A stretch of 64,000 nucleotides of DNA from Felis catus (taxonomy: Eukaryota). Position 1 is the first letter of the stretch. The number at the start of each line of letters is the position of its first letter. Both the position numbers and the translations under genes were made by a program. Positions 47,812 through 59,944 of the stretch are shown here, piece after piece. The stretch spans positions 238,330,001-238,394,000 of the forward strand of contig NC_058368.1 of the NCBI RefSeq assembly GCF_018350175.1. Direction: 5' to 3'. The notes below the pieces were generated by a model. That model ran no database searches. It saw only the letters and a list, made by a program, of their open reading frames with translations, and was not told where the DNA came from.

Positions 47812-48030
47812 GGGGCGCCTGGGTGGCGCAGTCGGTAAGCGCCCGACTTCAGCCAGGTCACAATCTCGCGGCCCGTGAGTTCGATCCCCGAGTCGGGCTC
47901 TGGGTAGATGGCTCAGAGCCTGGAGCCTGTTTCTGATTCTGTGTCTCCCTCTCTCTCTGCCCCTCCCCCGTTCATGCTCTGTCTCTCTCTGTCCCAAAAA
48001 TAAATAAACGTTGAAAAAAAAAAAAAAAAA
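47812..48030 (+). mobile_element. Young feliform CanSINE (SINEC_Fc-like) with perfect 15-bp TSD
   Basis: gggtggcgcagtcgg...cagccaggtcac...gtcccaaaaataaataaacgttg(A)17; TSD gaaatgcaggttaaa at 47797-47811 and 48031-48045. Confidence 0.98.
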
Positions 48031-51000
48031 GAAATGCAGGTTAAAGTCACAACTTTTCGCTGCTCAGACTACAGTCATCGGGCCTTCCCCCAGGGGCAGG
48101 GGAGGTGGGTCTGCGGTGACCCCCCAGGTGTCCGGTGTGAGCGTCCCTCCTCGTGTCCTATAAGAGACTCTCCAACGTGTAGCTGGGGGAGTCCGTGTCC
48201 CGGCCTCCCCACACCTGCTCAGCCACAGGGCTGGGTCCCAGTCACCGGCTCGTGATGGGGGGTGCGGGGAGGGGGGAGTGTCTCCAGGTGAATGTCCTTA
48301 GGGAAGGGGACACACCTTCTTCCTTTCCACTGGCTGGTTTCCGGGGGGACATGAGGACTGCATCTGGAACACGGGGCCCTGCCGCCGGCTGAGATGACAG
48401 AGCCCCGAGACGAAGGGGGCAGGGCCCCGTCTGACCCCTGAGCCCCCGGCAGCCAAGCCAGGACCATCCTCTAGATTTCGTTTCTGTAAGTCCTTGCTCC
48501 TTCTGATGTCCCGTCCACCACGGCTGAAGCAATCCTTACCGCCACAGGCCCTCCTCTCACTGTTGCTGAGAGTGACAGTGGGGGGGGGGGGGGGCATTTG
48601 GAATTAAATGTAAACTGGATAGTGGCCTGCCTCCTGGTCCTCAAGCAGTGTCCCCACTTTCCTACCCTCTGTTACGCCAGAAACGTCCTCCTGGAACCAT
48701 CACTAAAATAGCAGACTTGACCGTGGTCCAAATGGCCGTGGCCAACGGGGCAGTGGCATTGGTGGATGGAGACAAGATCTGGGTTTGGTTGTGGTCGGGG
48801 CAATGAAGGGCATCATGTTGGGTTGTGGTCACCGGGTCCCGATGTCACCTCCAAAGCAGCGCCCCGTGCGGTCAGCGGACGGGCTAATGGTGTCAACGCA
48901 GGGGACAGGGAAGGACGGCAACGAGGGGCCGTCCCACCCGTGTGGCCTCTTTGGGACCACGTGAAGGAGCCACGCCGGGTTGTGCACCTCCCCACTCGGG
49001 CAGATGAACCTCGGATCGGGGTGTCCCCGGCACCCCCCAGCCTCCTTCCGCAGGGAGCCGCGTGGACACGTGGATCTCGGGATTCGTTCCCGTGCGGACA
49101 CTGGACAACGGTGCCCAGCACTTTGTCTCCTCGTCAGAGCGGCAGGAAGGCTGGTCAGTTGTGGGTTTCTGTGCGCTCTCCCGGGCAGGACAACCCGATC
49201 ATTTTCCACTGAACGGACACTGGAGAGATTCACTAATTCAAATCTTCTCTTCTTCTGAACAGAGCAAATCACTCAATGAAACAGCTCAGGGACCGGGCTC
49301 AACCCCGACATGGGGACCCCGGCCAGCACAGTCCTGCGGTGACCCAGCCTCATCAAGCGCTGGGCCCAATGGGGCCAGGCCAGACACCGGCTCGGGGGCC
49401 AAAGCTGGGACAGAGGACAATGTCCGATGGGAACGCAGAGCCAGCCCCGAGGTGAAGGCAGGTGGAGGTGACCACAGTGCCCCGTGTGAGCAGGTTGCGT
49501 GACCCCTGGAGCTGAGCCAATCCCGCCCCCCTCGGTGTCACCAGAAACTCCCACAGGATTTCTCCCGGGACGGAGTCACCCTCCCTCCCGTTCTTCCTCC
49601 GTTTCTTTCATCCGTCACCTCCCGGGCCCCGGCCCTGGCCCCGGCTCGGTCTTCACAGAGCTCCGGGTCTCGTGGTCGAGGCTGACGGTCCACAGATGAG
49701 GCACCATGGAGGGCGAAGGCCACGGGAGAGGGAGGGCAGAGGGTGCTGACGCCTCAGGGGACAGAACAGTCCCCAGTGTTTGGGAGACAGGGCGTCCCCA
49801 CGGGAGCCGGAGGAGGGGTCTGCCCACGTGGGACACGGGTGGGCTCTGAGGGACCAGCCGTCAGTAGTTGTGGCTCCCACGTGGCTCCCTCGTGGCAAGG
49901 CAGAGGACACGGTCACGAGAACCTCACACACCAAACGACGCGTGTCTGTGGGGTGTCGCACGCAGAAGCCACACGCAGCAGCAGGGGCGGGTCTCCGGGC
50001 GAGGTGGGGCGGTGGTGACAGCCAGGCGGGGCACGGGCGACCCCCGGAGCCGGCGCGGCTGCCGTCCCAGCCGTCCCGGTAGCCGCCGCAGTGCCCCGGG
50101 CACCCGGCGATGCTGGGTCGCTGCGGACACAACTTCTGAGCGCTTCTGGAGACGTGCTTTCCTTTTCTGAGCAACAGAAGGAAGGAGGCGCTATCGTCAC
50201 GCTCCGACAGTGACCTCAGCGTGCCACTCGCGGCCCGGGCCTCCTTTCTCTCTGGCCGGGACACTGACGGCGTTCCTGTCTCACCCCCACCTGCCCCCGC
50301 CCGGGACCAGCAGCCGCGGAGGGGTCGGCCCGTCCGGCAGGACAGGACCCACGTGCACGCAGCGCTTTGCCCCGTGTTCTCTGATTTCGTGTCCAGTTAT
50401 AACTGAAAACCCAAAAACCAGGGGAGGAAATACACCCGCCCGTCCTGTAGTTCTGCCCCAAGGCCACGGCGACCCAGAGGCACACTCCATCCTGGTCTGG
50501 AACAAACCCGCCTCGTGGCTGAGTCCGTGTGAGAGCAGCCAGCTGGAGGGTTTAAACAGTGCGACGGGCTGGCTGTATTTCCAGAAACTCCGGGCGGTGT
50601 AGGTGAGGTTGCCAGAAACTCCCAGCGTTTGCTGCCGGCTGGGCACGGCCGGCGGGTCTCACCCTCGCACCCTCCCCTGCTCCCTGTGGGTCCGGTGGAG
50701 GGGCCGCCGTGTGGGTGAGCGCTGTCCCGGCGTGGCACGTGGGGGCCACACGCGGCCTCATCAACCCGTCTGCCCGGCACTTGGGGAGCTTGTCCGAGCA
50801 AAGAGAAAATATTGATTCAGAGCTTAGCAAATAACACTATCGATCGAAACAGGTCTGCCTTCATGGAGAGTAGTTTGAAATCACAGCGATTTTAAGGTAA
50901 TGGTCAGTTTTGAAATGCTCATTTAGGTGCATTTAAGTGCAACTGTTTTCAAAACGTTACGGTATTTCTGAGAAAGCTTTCATGACACGCGGCAAATAGC

Positions 51001-51664
51001 GGCCTTTTGTGTCCTTACCACCATCACCAGAACTCAGATCAAAAGCAGGGCACAGACGGCCTCCGCCGTGCAGCTGTCGCCAGCCCCTGAGGGACCCCGG
51101 CCCCACGCGGAAGCCACCACTCAGCTTCCCGAACCACGCGGCAGGACGTGGGCCCTCGCCGCCCAGTTTCCTCCTGTCTCTGGGCACGTTTGCAAGGCGT
51201 CTGTGGCTATCATTGTCGCGTCGCGGTGCAAACCGGGCACACGTCTTCGTCCGTCCTGTTGTTAGCAGCACTCGGTGGCCTCCGGGCTGAGGCTGTGAAC
51301 GTTCCCATCCGCGTGTTCTGGTGAGTACATGTGTGCGCCTGCGTGCCCCCGGGTGTCCCCGCGCCCAGCTGCACACCCGCCGTCCACGATCCTGCCACCA
51401 AAGATTTCTCTTTTTCACCTTGGCCATTCTGGCGTGGAACAGAAACTCTTAATTTGGGTGTAAGTCGAATGTCTCTACATGCAAATTTGTTTCCGGAGCC
51501 CCTGTTTCTTCCAGTGTCCCCTCAAGAGCCCACACCGGTACCTGTGGCAACTTGAAAATAATCACATTTCCGGTAACATACCACTCCAGCCTGGTTCTTC
51601 CTCAAGTTACGTTGTCTGCTACTGACTCTTTGTATTTCAGTATACATTTTAGAAATGGTTTCTC

Positions 51665-51887
51665 GGGGCACCTGGGTGGCCCAGTCAGTTGAGATCTGAC
51701 TCTTGATTTCAGCTTGAGTCATGATCTCACAGTTGGTGAGTTCAAGCCCCACGTCGGGCTCTGTGAAGACAACTCGGGGCCCGCTTGGAATTCTCTCTTT
51801 CCCTCTCTCTCTCTCTCTGTCCCTCCCTGGTGCAGACTCTCTCTCTCTCGCTCTCTCTCTCTAAGAATAAGTAAATAAACTTTAAAA
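51665..51887 (+). mobile_element. CanSINE
   Basis: Full head, CT tract and tail; aaatggttt flanks both sides. Confidence 0.95.
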
Positions 51888-52170
51888 ATGGTTTGTCAAT
51901 GTCTACATACACACACATACTGAGATTTTCATCTGGAACACCTAGGAGAGAATTAATATCTTTAAACATGAGGCATCCTGTCCATGACCATGGTATATCT
52001 CTACCCTTTAGGACTTCTAAATTCTTTCTGAATGATGTTGTGTAAACGTTTATAAATGATTCTTGTACATCTTTGATTCTATTTTGTTCTTGGTTATTTT
52101 ATTATTTTTTGGTGCAGTGTAAAAATTGTTTTTCTAATTGTCGCTAACACAAAAAAATACACCAAATTTT

Positions 52171-52298
52171 AGGAGTGCCTGGGTGGCTCGGTCGGTTAAG
52201 CATCCAGCTCTTTATCTCAACTCGGGTCTTGATCACAGGGTTGTGAGTTCAAGGTCCATGTTGGGCTCTGTGCTAGGCATGGAGTTAAAAAAAAAAAA
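52171..52298 (+). mobile_element. Short CanSINE variant
   Basis: gcctgggtggctcggtcggttaag...ctctgtgctaggcatggagtt(A)n; no CT tract. Confidence 0.9.
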
Positions 52299-52700
52299 CT
52301 ACAACAGGTTTTAAAACAGAACTATTTAGGTCTGCAGAAAAACTGAGCAGAAAGTACACAGAGTTCTGTAGACACGGCCCTCCGGCCCCGCCTCCACCAG
52401 CGTTTCCCTTGTCTGTGCCGACACTGCTACAGTCAGTGAGCGATACTGATACATCACGAGTAATTAAGGTGCACAGTTCGCGTTAGGGTTCTTCCTGTCG
52501 CAGGTCCCACGGGTTTGGACAAACGGGTCATGACTTGTATCCAGCAGGTAGTATCACAAAACCCTAAAAATCCTCTGTGCTCCACCTTTTCATGCCTCCA
52601 ACCTCCCTCACTGCTGGCAAACGCTGATCTTTCTACTGTCTCTGTGGTTCTGCCTTTTCCAGAATGTCACGGAGTTGGAATCATACAATCTGTATGTATT

Positions 52701-52908
52701 GGGGCATCTGGGTGGTGCAGTCAGTTAAGCGTCCGACTTCGGCTCAGGTCACGATCTCGTGGTCTGTGAGTTCGAGCCCGGCATCGGGCTCTGTGCTGAC
52801 GGCTCAGAGCCCAGAGCCTGCTTCGGATTCTGTGTCTCCCTCTTTCTCTGGCCCTCCCCCACTCGTGTGCTGTCTCTCTGTCTCTCAATAATAAATGTTA
52901 AAAAAAAA
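52701..52908 (+). mobile_element. CanSINE
   Basis: Full element; tctgtatgta flanks both sides. Confidence 0.96.
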
Positions 52909-53095
52909 TATAGTCTGTATGTACCCTTTTCAGACTGGTTTCTTTCACTTAGTGATATGAATTTAAGGTTCTTCTGTGCCTTCAGTTGGCTAAGATTTTA
53001 ACTTTTGATGCGTCTTTGTTCATGAGAGAAATCGGTCTGCAATTTTCCTCTCTTACATTTTCATGAGGTTTTGTGATCAAGGTTATGTGAGTGGC

Positions 53096-53382
53096 AAAAA
53101 ATATATATATATATTATATATATAATATATATTAAATATATTATATTATATATATATTATATTATATATATAATATATAATATATATAATATAATATAAA
53201 TTATATATAAATTATATATAAATTACATATAATTTATATATAAATATATAATATATAAATATATTATTTTATATATATAATATAATATAAATTATATATA
53301 AATTATAAATATATATAATATATAATTATATAATAATAAATTATATACAAATTATAATAAAATATAATATATATATATATAA
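53096..53382. repeat. AT-rich (TA)n-like low-complexity tract, about 285 bp
   Basis: Nearly pure A/T. Confidence 0.97.
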
Positions 53383-55379
53383 GTGTTTTCTCCTTTCCTA
53401 TTCTCTCAGAGAATTTGCTTAATGTCTGTGCTATTTCTTTCTCAAATATTCGGTGGATCACATGAGTGGATTCACAAGGGAGTGTCATTTCCTTTCTAAA
53501 TATACATCCAGCTTCTTTAACAGACACAGGAGCATCCCTGTTTCTTTTCTGTCTTACGTCAGTTTGGTTAACTGGGCTTCTCAAAGTTGAGTGGTGCCCA
53601 TGACTTTTATCTCATTGATTTCTGCTCTTGTATCATTTACTTCCTTCTGCTCATTTGGAATTTTGTTTTCCATTTTCTAACTTTTCCAAATGGATACTCA
53701 GATTATTGATTTCCAAGCTGTCTTATTTTCTAACACATTTAAGTCTATGAATTTTCCACTAAGTACGGCGTTAGGTGAATCGCGCAATTTTTTTGTTGTT
53801 GTTGTTGTTGTTTTTCTGTATCATTCAGTTCCAAATAGTTTTAAATTTCAATCATTTTAGATTTTTCTTTCCTCTGCTGCCGGAGGAGATGCATAGGTTA
53901 TTTGGAAGAGTGTTGCTTGACGTCCAAACGTTTGGAGGGCTGTTTTTTGAGGGATGTTTTTGCTACCGATTTTTAGCTTCATTGTATCAGAGTCAGAAAA
54001 CATTTTATTATTTCAGAGTTTAAATATACTGAAACTTGTATCATGGTCCAGCCTGTGATCAATGTTAGTAAAGGCACTTAAAAAGAGCGTGTATCCCGCA
54101 GTCTGGTGAGCGAGCAATACCCCGTAGATGTCAATTAGACACAGTTTGATAACTGAACTGTTCTGCTCGCCCTCAGTTCCTCGTCAGGGTGGATTCAAAT
54201 ATCCAACTACGATTGTGCATTTGTCTATTTAGGGGTTTTTGTTTTGTTTTGTTTTGTTTCTGCTTTTTACATACCTTTGAGGTTAAGTTATTCGACGTGT
54301 CAAATTTAAAATTGTTAGGTCATCCCTGACTGGCTCCTGACCATTGCGGATTGTCCCGTTCCCTCTAACGCAGGAACTCTGTTCCTCGAGTCTGCTCTGT
54401 TCCTCATGTCAATGCCGACTTCGTCTGACATTATCTCAGCCACGCCCGCTTTCTTTGGTTAAGGGCACGGTATAACTGTTTTCTCTTCTTTGATAACCTT
54501 TTCGAGCTGATGATCCTCGTGTTAATGCAGTTAACGATAATGTAAAATATGATTACTGGTATAATTCAGTCTAAATCTACGCTTTTGCTTTTGTTTTCTT
54601 TGTTACCCCACCTGCATTTCGTTGCTTTATGCCCTCTTTCCTTCCTTCAGATTAAGCAAACACTTTCGTCACTCTGTTTCACTTCTGCTGGCCTGTGGTC
54701 GCTTGAACGGCCTTGCGCGAAGGGGGTTTGGTAACAACATTTTCCCGTCCTGGTTCGTGAAGAGTCAGGCTGCTTTCTCGCGTCCAGTCCAGCTGGCCTC
54801 TCTGTCTGCCGGCCTCATCGACCCTCCCGAGTCACGATCGCCCCTCAACTTGCTGTCGTGTTGTTGTTTGGTTAACGACTTCTTCACGCAAAAGGACAGC
54901 GAAACACATGAAGGAGAGGGAACACGAAGGCGAAGGGCGAAAGCTTCGCCCACTGGGCAGCGGGTGGGATGAGGGGGCGGGGGAGGGGACACAGGGCGGG
55001 CTCTCCGCTGCTCAGTAAACTTCCAAAAACCTAGAGAAGACAGACAAGAGTCCTCAGTGCCTGTAGGCCCTGGGGAAGTACGGTGCCAGAGACGTCACCG
55101 GGCATGTGAGCGTGTGGGCATGCCTAGGTTATGACACAGCAGGTGGTGGCCGTCACGGGCTCTGATCAGGCCACGCTGCCTGCTGCAAAAGGAGGTTCGG
55201 CCTCTGCTGCTGCCAGGGAAGACGTGGTCATGGACCCTGTTGGACTCGGTCACCTACGTCCCCGTGTGCTCAGCTGTGTTCCCTGCCCGGAAGCCCCTCC
55301 CAAGCTCACACTCTTATCCCCTGTCACCCACCGGCTTTGTGTTTCCCAAAATTCTGCAAAACCGGGAGCTGGGCTCAGG

Positions 55380-55535
55380 CAGTGACCCCCAGGCGTCAGG
55401 GCCCTAAAATGTCCGGGGCGCGACCGTCAGAGTGCAGACCCCCCAACACCACCGGCGGTAGGACCCAGTCGGTGGGGCTGGGACCCGTTTCTCAAACGCT
55501 GCTGGTCCGGGGCCGACCTTGAGAACGATAGACTG
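55380..55535. mobile_element. MER5-like hAT-Charlie relic
   Basis: Begins cagtg, ends gctgctggtccggggccgaccttgagaac, similar to the recalled MER5A terminus. Confidence 0.55.
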
Positions 55536-55989
55536 AAAATGTCCTGTTAAATGAATCGTCGGGATCAATAAGAGCGTGGACCGAGCAAACAGCTCTGGTT
55601 GTTAAAGCTTCCGTTTTCGAGTGAATAACTTTTATAATAAAATACGTGACCGACATATCTATTCATTACAGCGGACCTGGTCGGAATCCTTCTGGGAGGA
55701 ACTTCATTATTGATTTTTCGTTCTTCAATAGGATAAGACCAGCCTGTATGTTTTCAACAGAATCTCTAATTCGGACTCTTCAATAATGAAAACCAGGTCC
55801 CCGGTAACCCCCCAACAGCGAAGTCCGGGCGTAACTCACTGCAGTCACGAACCAGGCCTGGCGGGCACGTCTGAGTCGTATCTTATCTCCAGTACAACTC
55901 ACTCAACAGGTACGACGTTTCCCACTGCAGGTGGGCACAGGTCCAGGGACAGAACCACGGCCTTGCCGTCCGGGTGGGGCGAGGCAGAG

Positions 55990-56151
55990 GAGACCCTCTG
56001 CTGATGGGCAAGTGGCTGTTCAGGTGGGGTGGCCGTCTGCCTCCCTGAACCCCATCCAGAAACACCCCCCCAGACACACCAGGATAATGTGTGACCAACT
56101 ATCCGGCCACCCCATGATCCAGGCAAGTCGGCCCTTGAGGTTAACCATCAC
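55990..56151 (-). mobile_element. MLT2-like LTR 5' fragment
   Basis: catccagaaacaccc...cagacacaccaggataatgt...ttaaccatcaca (reverse of the tgtgatggttaa start). Confidence 0.8.
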
Positions 56152-56707
56152 ACCGATGCGTATTCCCACAGATGGTCCTGCTTCTGTCTTGAGAAAGTGC
56201 CATTGGATGTGGCAGGGGTAGGAGCTGGGACGCTTGGGGCTTTGCCATGAACCAGGCAGGCGTCAACTTGCCCTTTGACATCTGAGACATCATGTGGTTT
56301 TGAGGGCAGCTGGCTTCCCGGCTTGGTGCTTCCCTCCAAGTATCTGCTTCCAGAATCTGATATGGGGCTTTCTGAGGGGTGGTGTGGGGGCCTCTAATGC
56401 CACAGCCTCCTGGCGGCCCCTTCCTGCCCAGGAGGGACCAGCCTTCTCTCGGGTGGACTCATCGCGGTCGCCTGTGCTCTGCTGCCCCTTCCTTGTTCCT
56501 CAGGGCTGTCAGGGAAAAAGGAGCAGCCCCCAGTGTGTCCGTGAAAGAGTGGGCTTTTCAGAGTGTCCAAGGCTTTGAAATGCAAGTTGCTGGTGGGGTG
56601 GTCTGCTCGTAGGGTTGGGGGGGGGGTCCTGGATACCTCCTGGGAAGCTCAGACCCAGAAGCAGCCAGCCAACACCCATGTTCTGTCTTCTTTAGAAACT
56701 AGTGCTT

Positions 56708-56917
56708 GGGCGCCTGGGGGGCTCAGTCGGTTGAGCGTCTGACTTCACTCAGGTCATCAAGTCGCTGTCGGTCTGTGAGTTCGGGCCCCGCATCGGGCTC
56801 TGCGCTGACGGCTCGGAGCCTGGAGCCTGCTTTGGATTCTGTGTCTCCCTCTCTCTCTGCCCCTCCCCTGCTCCCATTCTGTCTCTCTCTCAAAAATAAA
56901 TAAATGTTAAAAAAAAA
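56708..56917 (+). mobile_element. CanSINE with TSD
   Basis: TSD tttagaaact[a/g]gtgct on both sides. Confidence 0.97.
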
Positions 56918-58989
56918 TTTAGAAACTGGTGCTCAACTTAATCATTCAAGTGCATTTGCAGTTGAAGGAAACTATGATCCTTTTAAAAATCTCTGTAGCC
57001 TTGGATTTCCAAACGGGACTGATTTACCAGCTGTGACCTAACCCATTATTTCCCATAAAGTATACACCCGTCAGAGTGCACTAATCCAAGTGACCATGCG
57101 AGACAAATACACCCGAGAGGACAGCGAGTGGCAGCTGGGACACACTTAGAGACCATTCCCCACTCTTCACCGTAACTCAAACCCCCAAATGAAGGAGAAT
57201 TTACGAGTTTTATTTTTATATACGCTCCTCAAAGACGTTTAGAATAAAACGAAAATATTCAAATGCGTAAGTGTGAGCCGTCCTCCAGGTAAAACATCAA
57301 GTCTGAAGAAGCGTATCATTTGATGGGCACATAGCAGTGAAACCCTTAACGCCCACACGCATCTCTGCGGCTGGCCCCTCACGAGCCCGCACGCCGGCCC
57401 AGCGGATACGCGACCGTTGCCGGGTGAGACACGGGGCTGGGTTCCTGCGGCCTCGGGCCCCATGTCCCTCAGCCATCCACACCCGACCTTGTTGGTGTGT
57501 TTCCGTTGAAAGGCACCGTGTGGAACGTCTGCCGTCAGCTCTTCGACCCCGGACGCCAGGCCCGCGGCCCGTAACCAGGCCTGCGAGACGCGTGGCCGAC
57601 GTGCGTTTTCTGTGCAGGGCGCGTCACGGCCCCCGGCGCTCGGGGCCACCAGGAAGCACTTCGGCTCCACACCCGGGAGCATTTTAAGCCAACAGAGGCG
57701 CCAGCAAAAAGCACAAAAAATGCCCAAATCGCGCATCTCGGTCGGCTGTGTAACGGCCACCTGTCTGTAGAAGGAGCTGAGACGGAAGAGCCAGGCCTCA
57801 AGTTCCCGTCACGCCAGCACTGGCGCAAACGTCCGCGAAGGCACCACGAGACTTGGTCTGAGGGTCACGAGGAGGTCTTGGTGAGCTGGCGGGTTGCCAA
57901 GTACGGACACGGAGCGTGACGGGCACCAACGGGGCTCGTCCCTCACTCCTCCGGGCGGGGACCTAGCCTTCGCCCCGGACGGGACAGCTCCTCCTGGAAA
58001 ACGTGCCCAACCGGGGTGTGCGTGTCACTTGGCACAAAATACACACAGGACGAGGGCTCAGCGGTGCCTACGAGGCAGGGCGGGAGCAGACACCCCTCTT
58101 CCCAGGGCCACGGTCCGCCAGCCAGAGACACGTCCGTCTGGAGCCAGCAAGCCAGACGGAAGTCTGACCCCAGCCAGTTCCTGGTGCCAACTGAACCTGC
58201 ATAAATAGTCCCTCCCGACGCCAAAGGGCCTCCTGAACCCGCACCGCCACCCCGACGTCCGTGGCACGGCAGGCCAGGCGAGAGACCACAGACGCGGAGC
58301 CCCTCGGGGAGCCGTCCTTCGCCCTCCGGGACTCGGGGGGCCTGTTTCTGGCGAGACGAATCCCCGCAGCGGGCGACGGGGCCCCCGCGGACGTGCCAGT
58401 GGTCAGTTAATGTGCAGGAGGGACGGGAGGCAAGGGGGGAGGGGTGGCGGGGGCTACCCCGGCCTGCTTCCGGGAGGAATCTGCTGGCCGTGGAGACGGG
58501 CTCAGAGGACACGAGATAACACGGAGCAGGAGAAAGGAAGACAAGGGAGAGACGCGCAGACAGACGTCAGACGCCAGAGACGGAGGCCAGACGGAGGCCA
58601 CCACGCATCTGAGCGTTGTCTCGGTGGGTGGCCACGCCTCGGCCCGCCGTGCCTGCCACGGGAACCGTTGAGCAGCATAGCCCGCGTGGTGTGGGCTCCT
58701 GACCCAAAGCCTACAAGAGCTGTCCTGGGGTCCACGCCGGGTCAGCAGTTGGATCGGCAAACTCACGGGGCGAGACGGCTTCCAGGGCAGAAGCCCCAGG
58801 CGACCAGACAGGCCGTTGGGCCCCCGGGGCCGAACGGCGTCCTCTCCTGCGCGCGGGCTGCGCATAGCCACGCCCCGTCGGCGTGCGCAGGGACCCCGAA
58901 CACGCCTGAGCCAGAGGTCAAGGCTGAATCCACAGTGACCTGTCCTCCACGGCCTTCCTCCCAAATCCCACAACCCCAGACCGTCCACG

Positions 58990-59371
58990 AGAAAACCCAC
59001 TAGACACGTCCTAATCGGGGGACATTCTCCAAAACACCTGCCCAGCCCTCCTCAAGATGGTCCAGGTCCCCAAAACAAGGGAAGTCTGAGAAACTGCCAT
59101 CGTCCAGAGGGGCCTGAGGGGACATGATGTCCGGATGTCACATGGGACCCCGAGCAGGATTCTGGGACAGAAGACAGACACCGGGTGAAAACTGAGGAGA
59201 TCTCAGGCCGCCCCGGGGGGCTCAGTGGGTTAAGCATCTGACTCTTGGTTCGGATCGGGTCGTGATCTCACAGCGTGTGAGTTCGAGCCCCGAGTCAGGC
59301 TCTGTGCTGACAGTGCGGAACCTGCTTGGGATTCTCTCCCTCTTTCTCTCTCTGCCCCTGCCCTGCTCTCG

Positions 59372-59420
<49 letters not shown>

Positions 59421-59585
59421 AATAAATAAATACGTTTTAAGAACTGAGGCAATCTGAACAAAGTGCTCACCACTATCCCCCAGCGAGCAGGTGTTGGCAG
59501 AAGTGGGGCGAGTGAAGGTCCACAGGAACTCTCTGCTGCCGTCTCCTGTAAACACAAAACAGACCTCAAGTAACAAGTTCGCTAC
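58990..59585 (+). mobile_element. L1MC-like 3' region interrupted by a SINE
   Basis: gggacattctccaaaacacctg...aaaacaagggaagtctgagaaactg...aaaactgaggagatct [SINE] gaactgaggcaatctgaacaaagt...caggaactctctg. Confidence 0.8.
59206..59438 (+). mobile_element. CanSINE
   Basis: gctcagtgggttaagc, gagttcgagccc, long (CT)n, aataaataaa. Confidence 0.95.
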
Positions 59586-59654
59586 TTTTCTCTCTCTTTT
59601 TTTTTAAGTTTCTGCATCCTCCCTTATCCACTTTGGCTTTTTGGGGTTTTTTTA

Positions 59655-59868
59655 ATTGTTTTTAATGTTTATTTATTTCTGAGACAGAGAGAGACAGAGC
59701 ATGAGTGGGGGAGGGGCAGAGAGAGAGAGGGAGACCCAGAATCCGAAGCAGGCTCCAGACTCCGAGCTGTCCGCACAGAGCCCGACGCGGGGCTCGAACC
59801 CACAAACCGTGAGATCGTGACCTGAGCCGAAGTCGGTCGCTCAACCGACTGAGCCACCCAGGCGCCCC
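59655..59868 (-). mobile_element. CanSINE (low divergence)
   Basis: Reverse complement ends ctcaaccgactgagccacccaggcgcccc. Confidence 0.98.
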
Positions 59869-59899
59869 AACAAGTTTTGTTTTTATAAAGTGGATGATT

Positions 59900-59944
59900 T
59901 GTATGGAAACCAATGTGACAATAAATTTCATCTATTGAAAAAAA
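59900..59944 (+). mobile_element. Extremely 5'-truncated feline L1 insertion
   Basis: tgtatggaaaccaatgtgacaataaatttcat plus poly-A, flanked by perfect TSD aaagtggatgatt (59887-59899; 59945-59957). Confidence 0.85.

Larger units (their letters stand above)
51390..54670 (-). mobile_element. Composite of old L1 fragments (ORF2 pieces plus an L1MC-like 3' end) carrying three SINE insertions
   Basis: Antisense L1 motifs: gtatacattttagaa; gcagaaaaactgagcagaaagtacacagagtt; ccttttccagaatgtca; ttttcagactggtttctttcacttag; tatgaattttccactaagtac. Sub-boundaries approximate. Confidence 0.8.

Noticed and set aside
5741..59868. tRNA-like A/B boxes and recurring ORFs such as MAQSV...EPASDSVSPS
   Set aside because: These are CanSINE heads and their translations, not tRNA genes or proteins.
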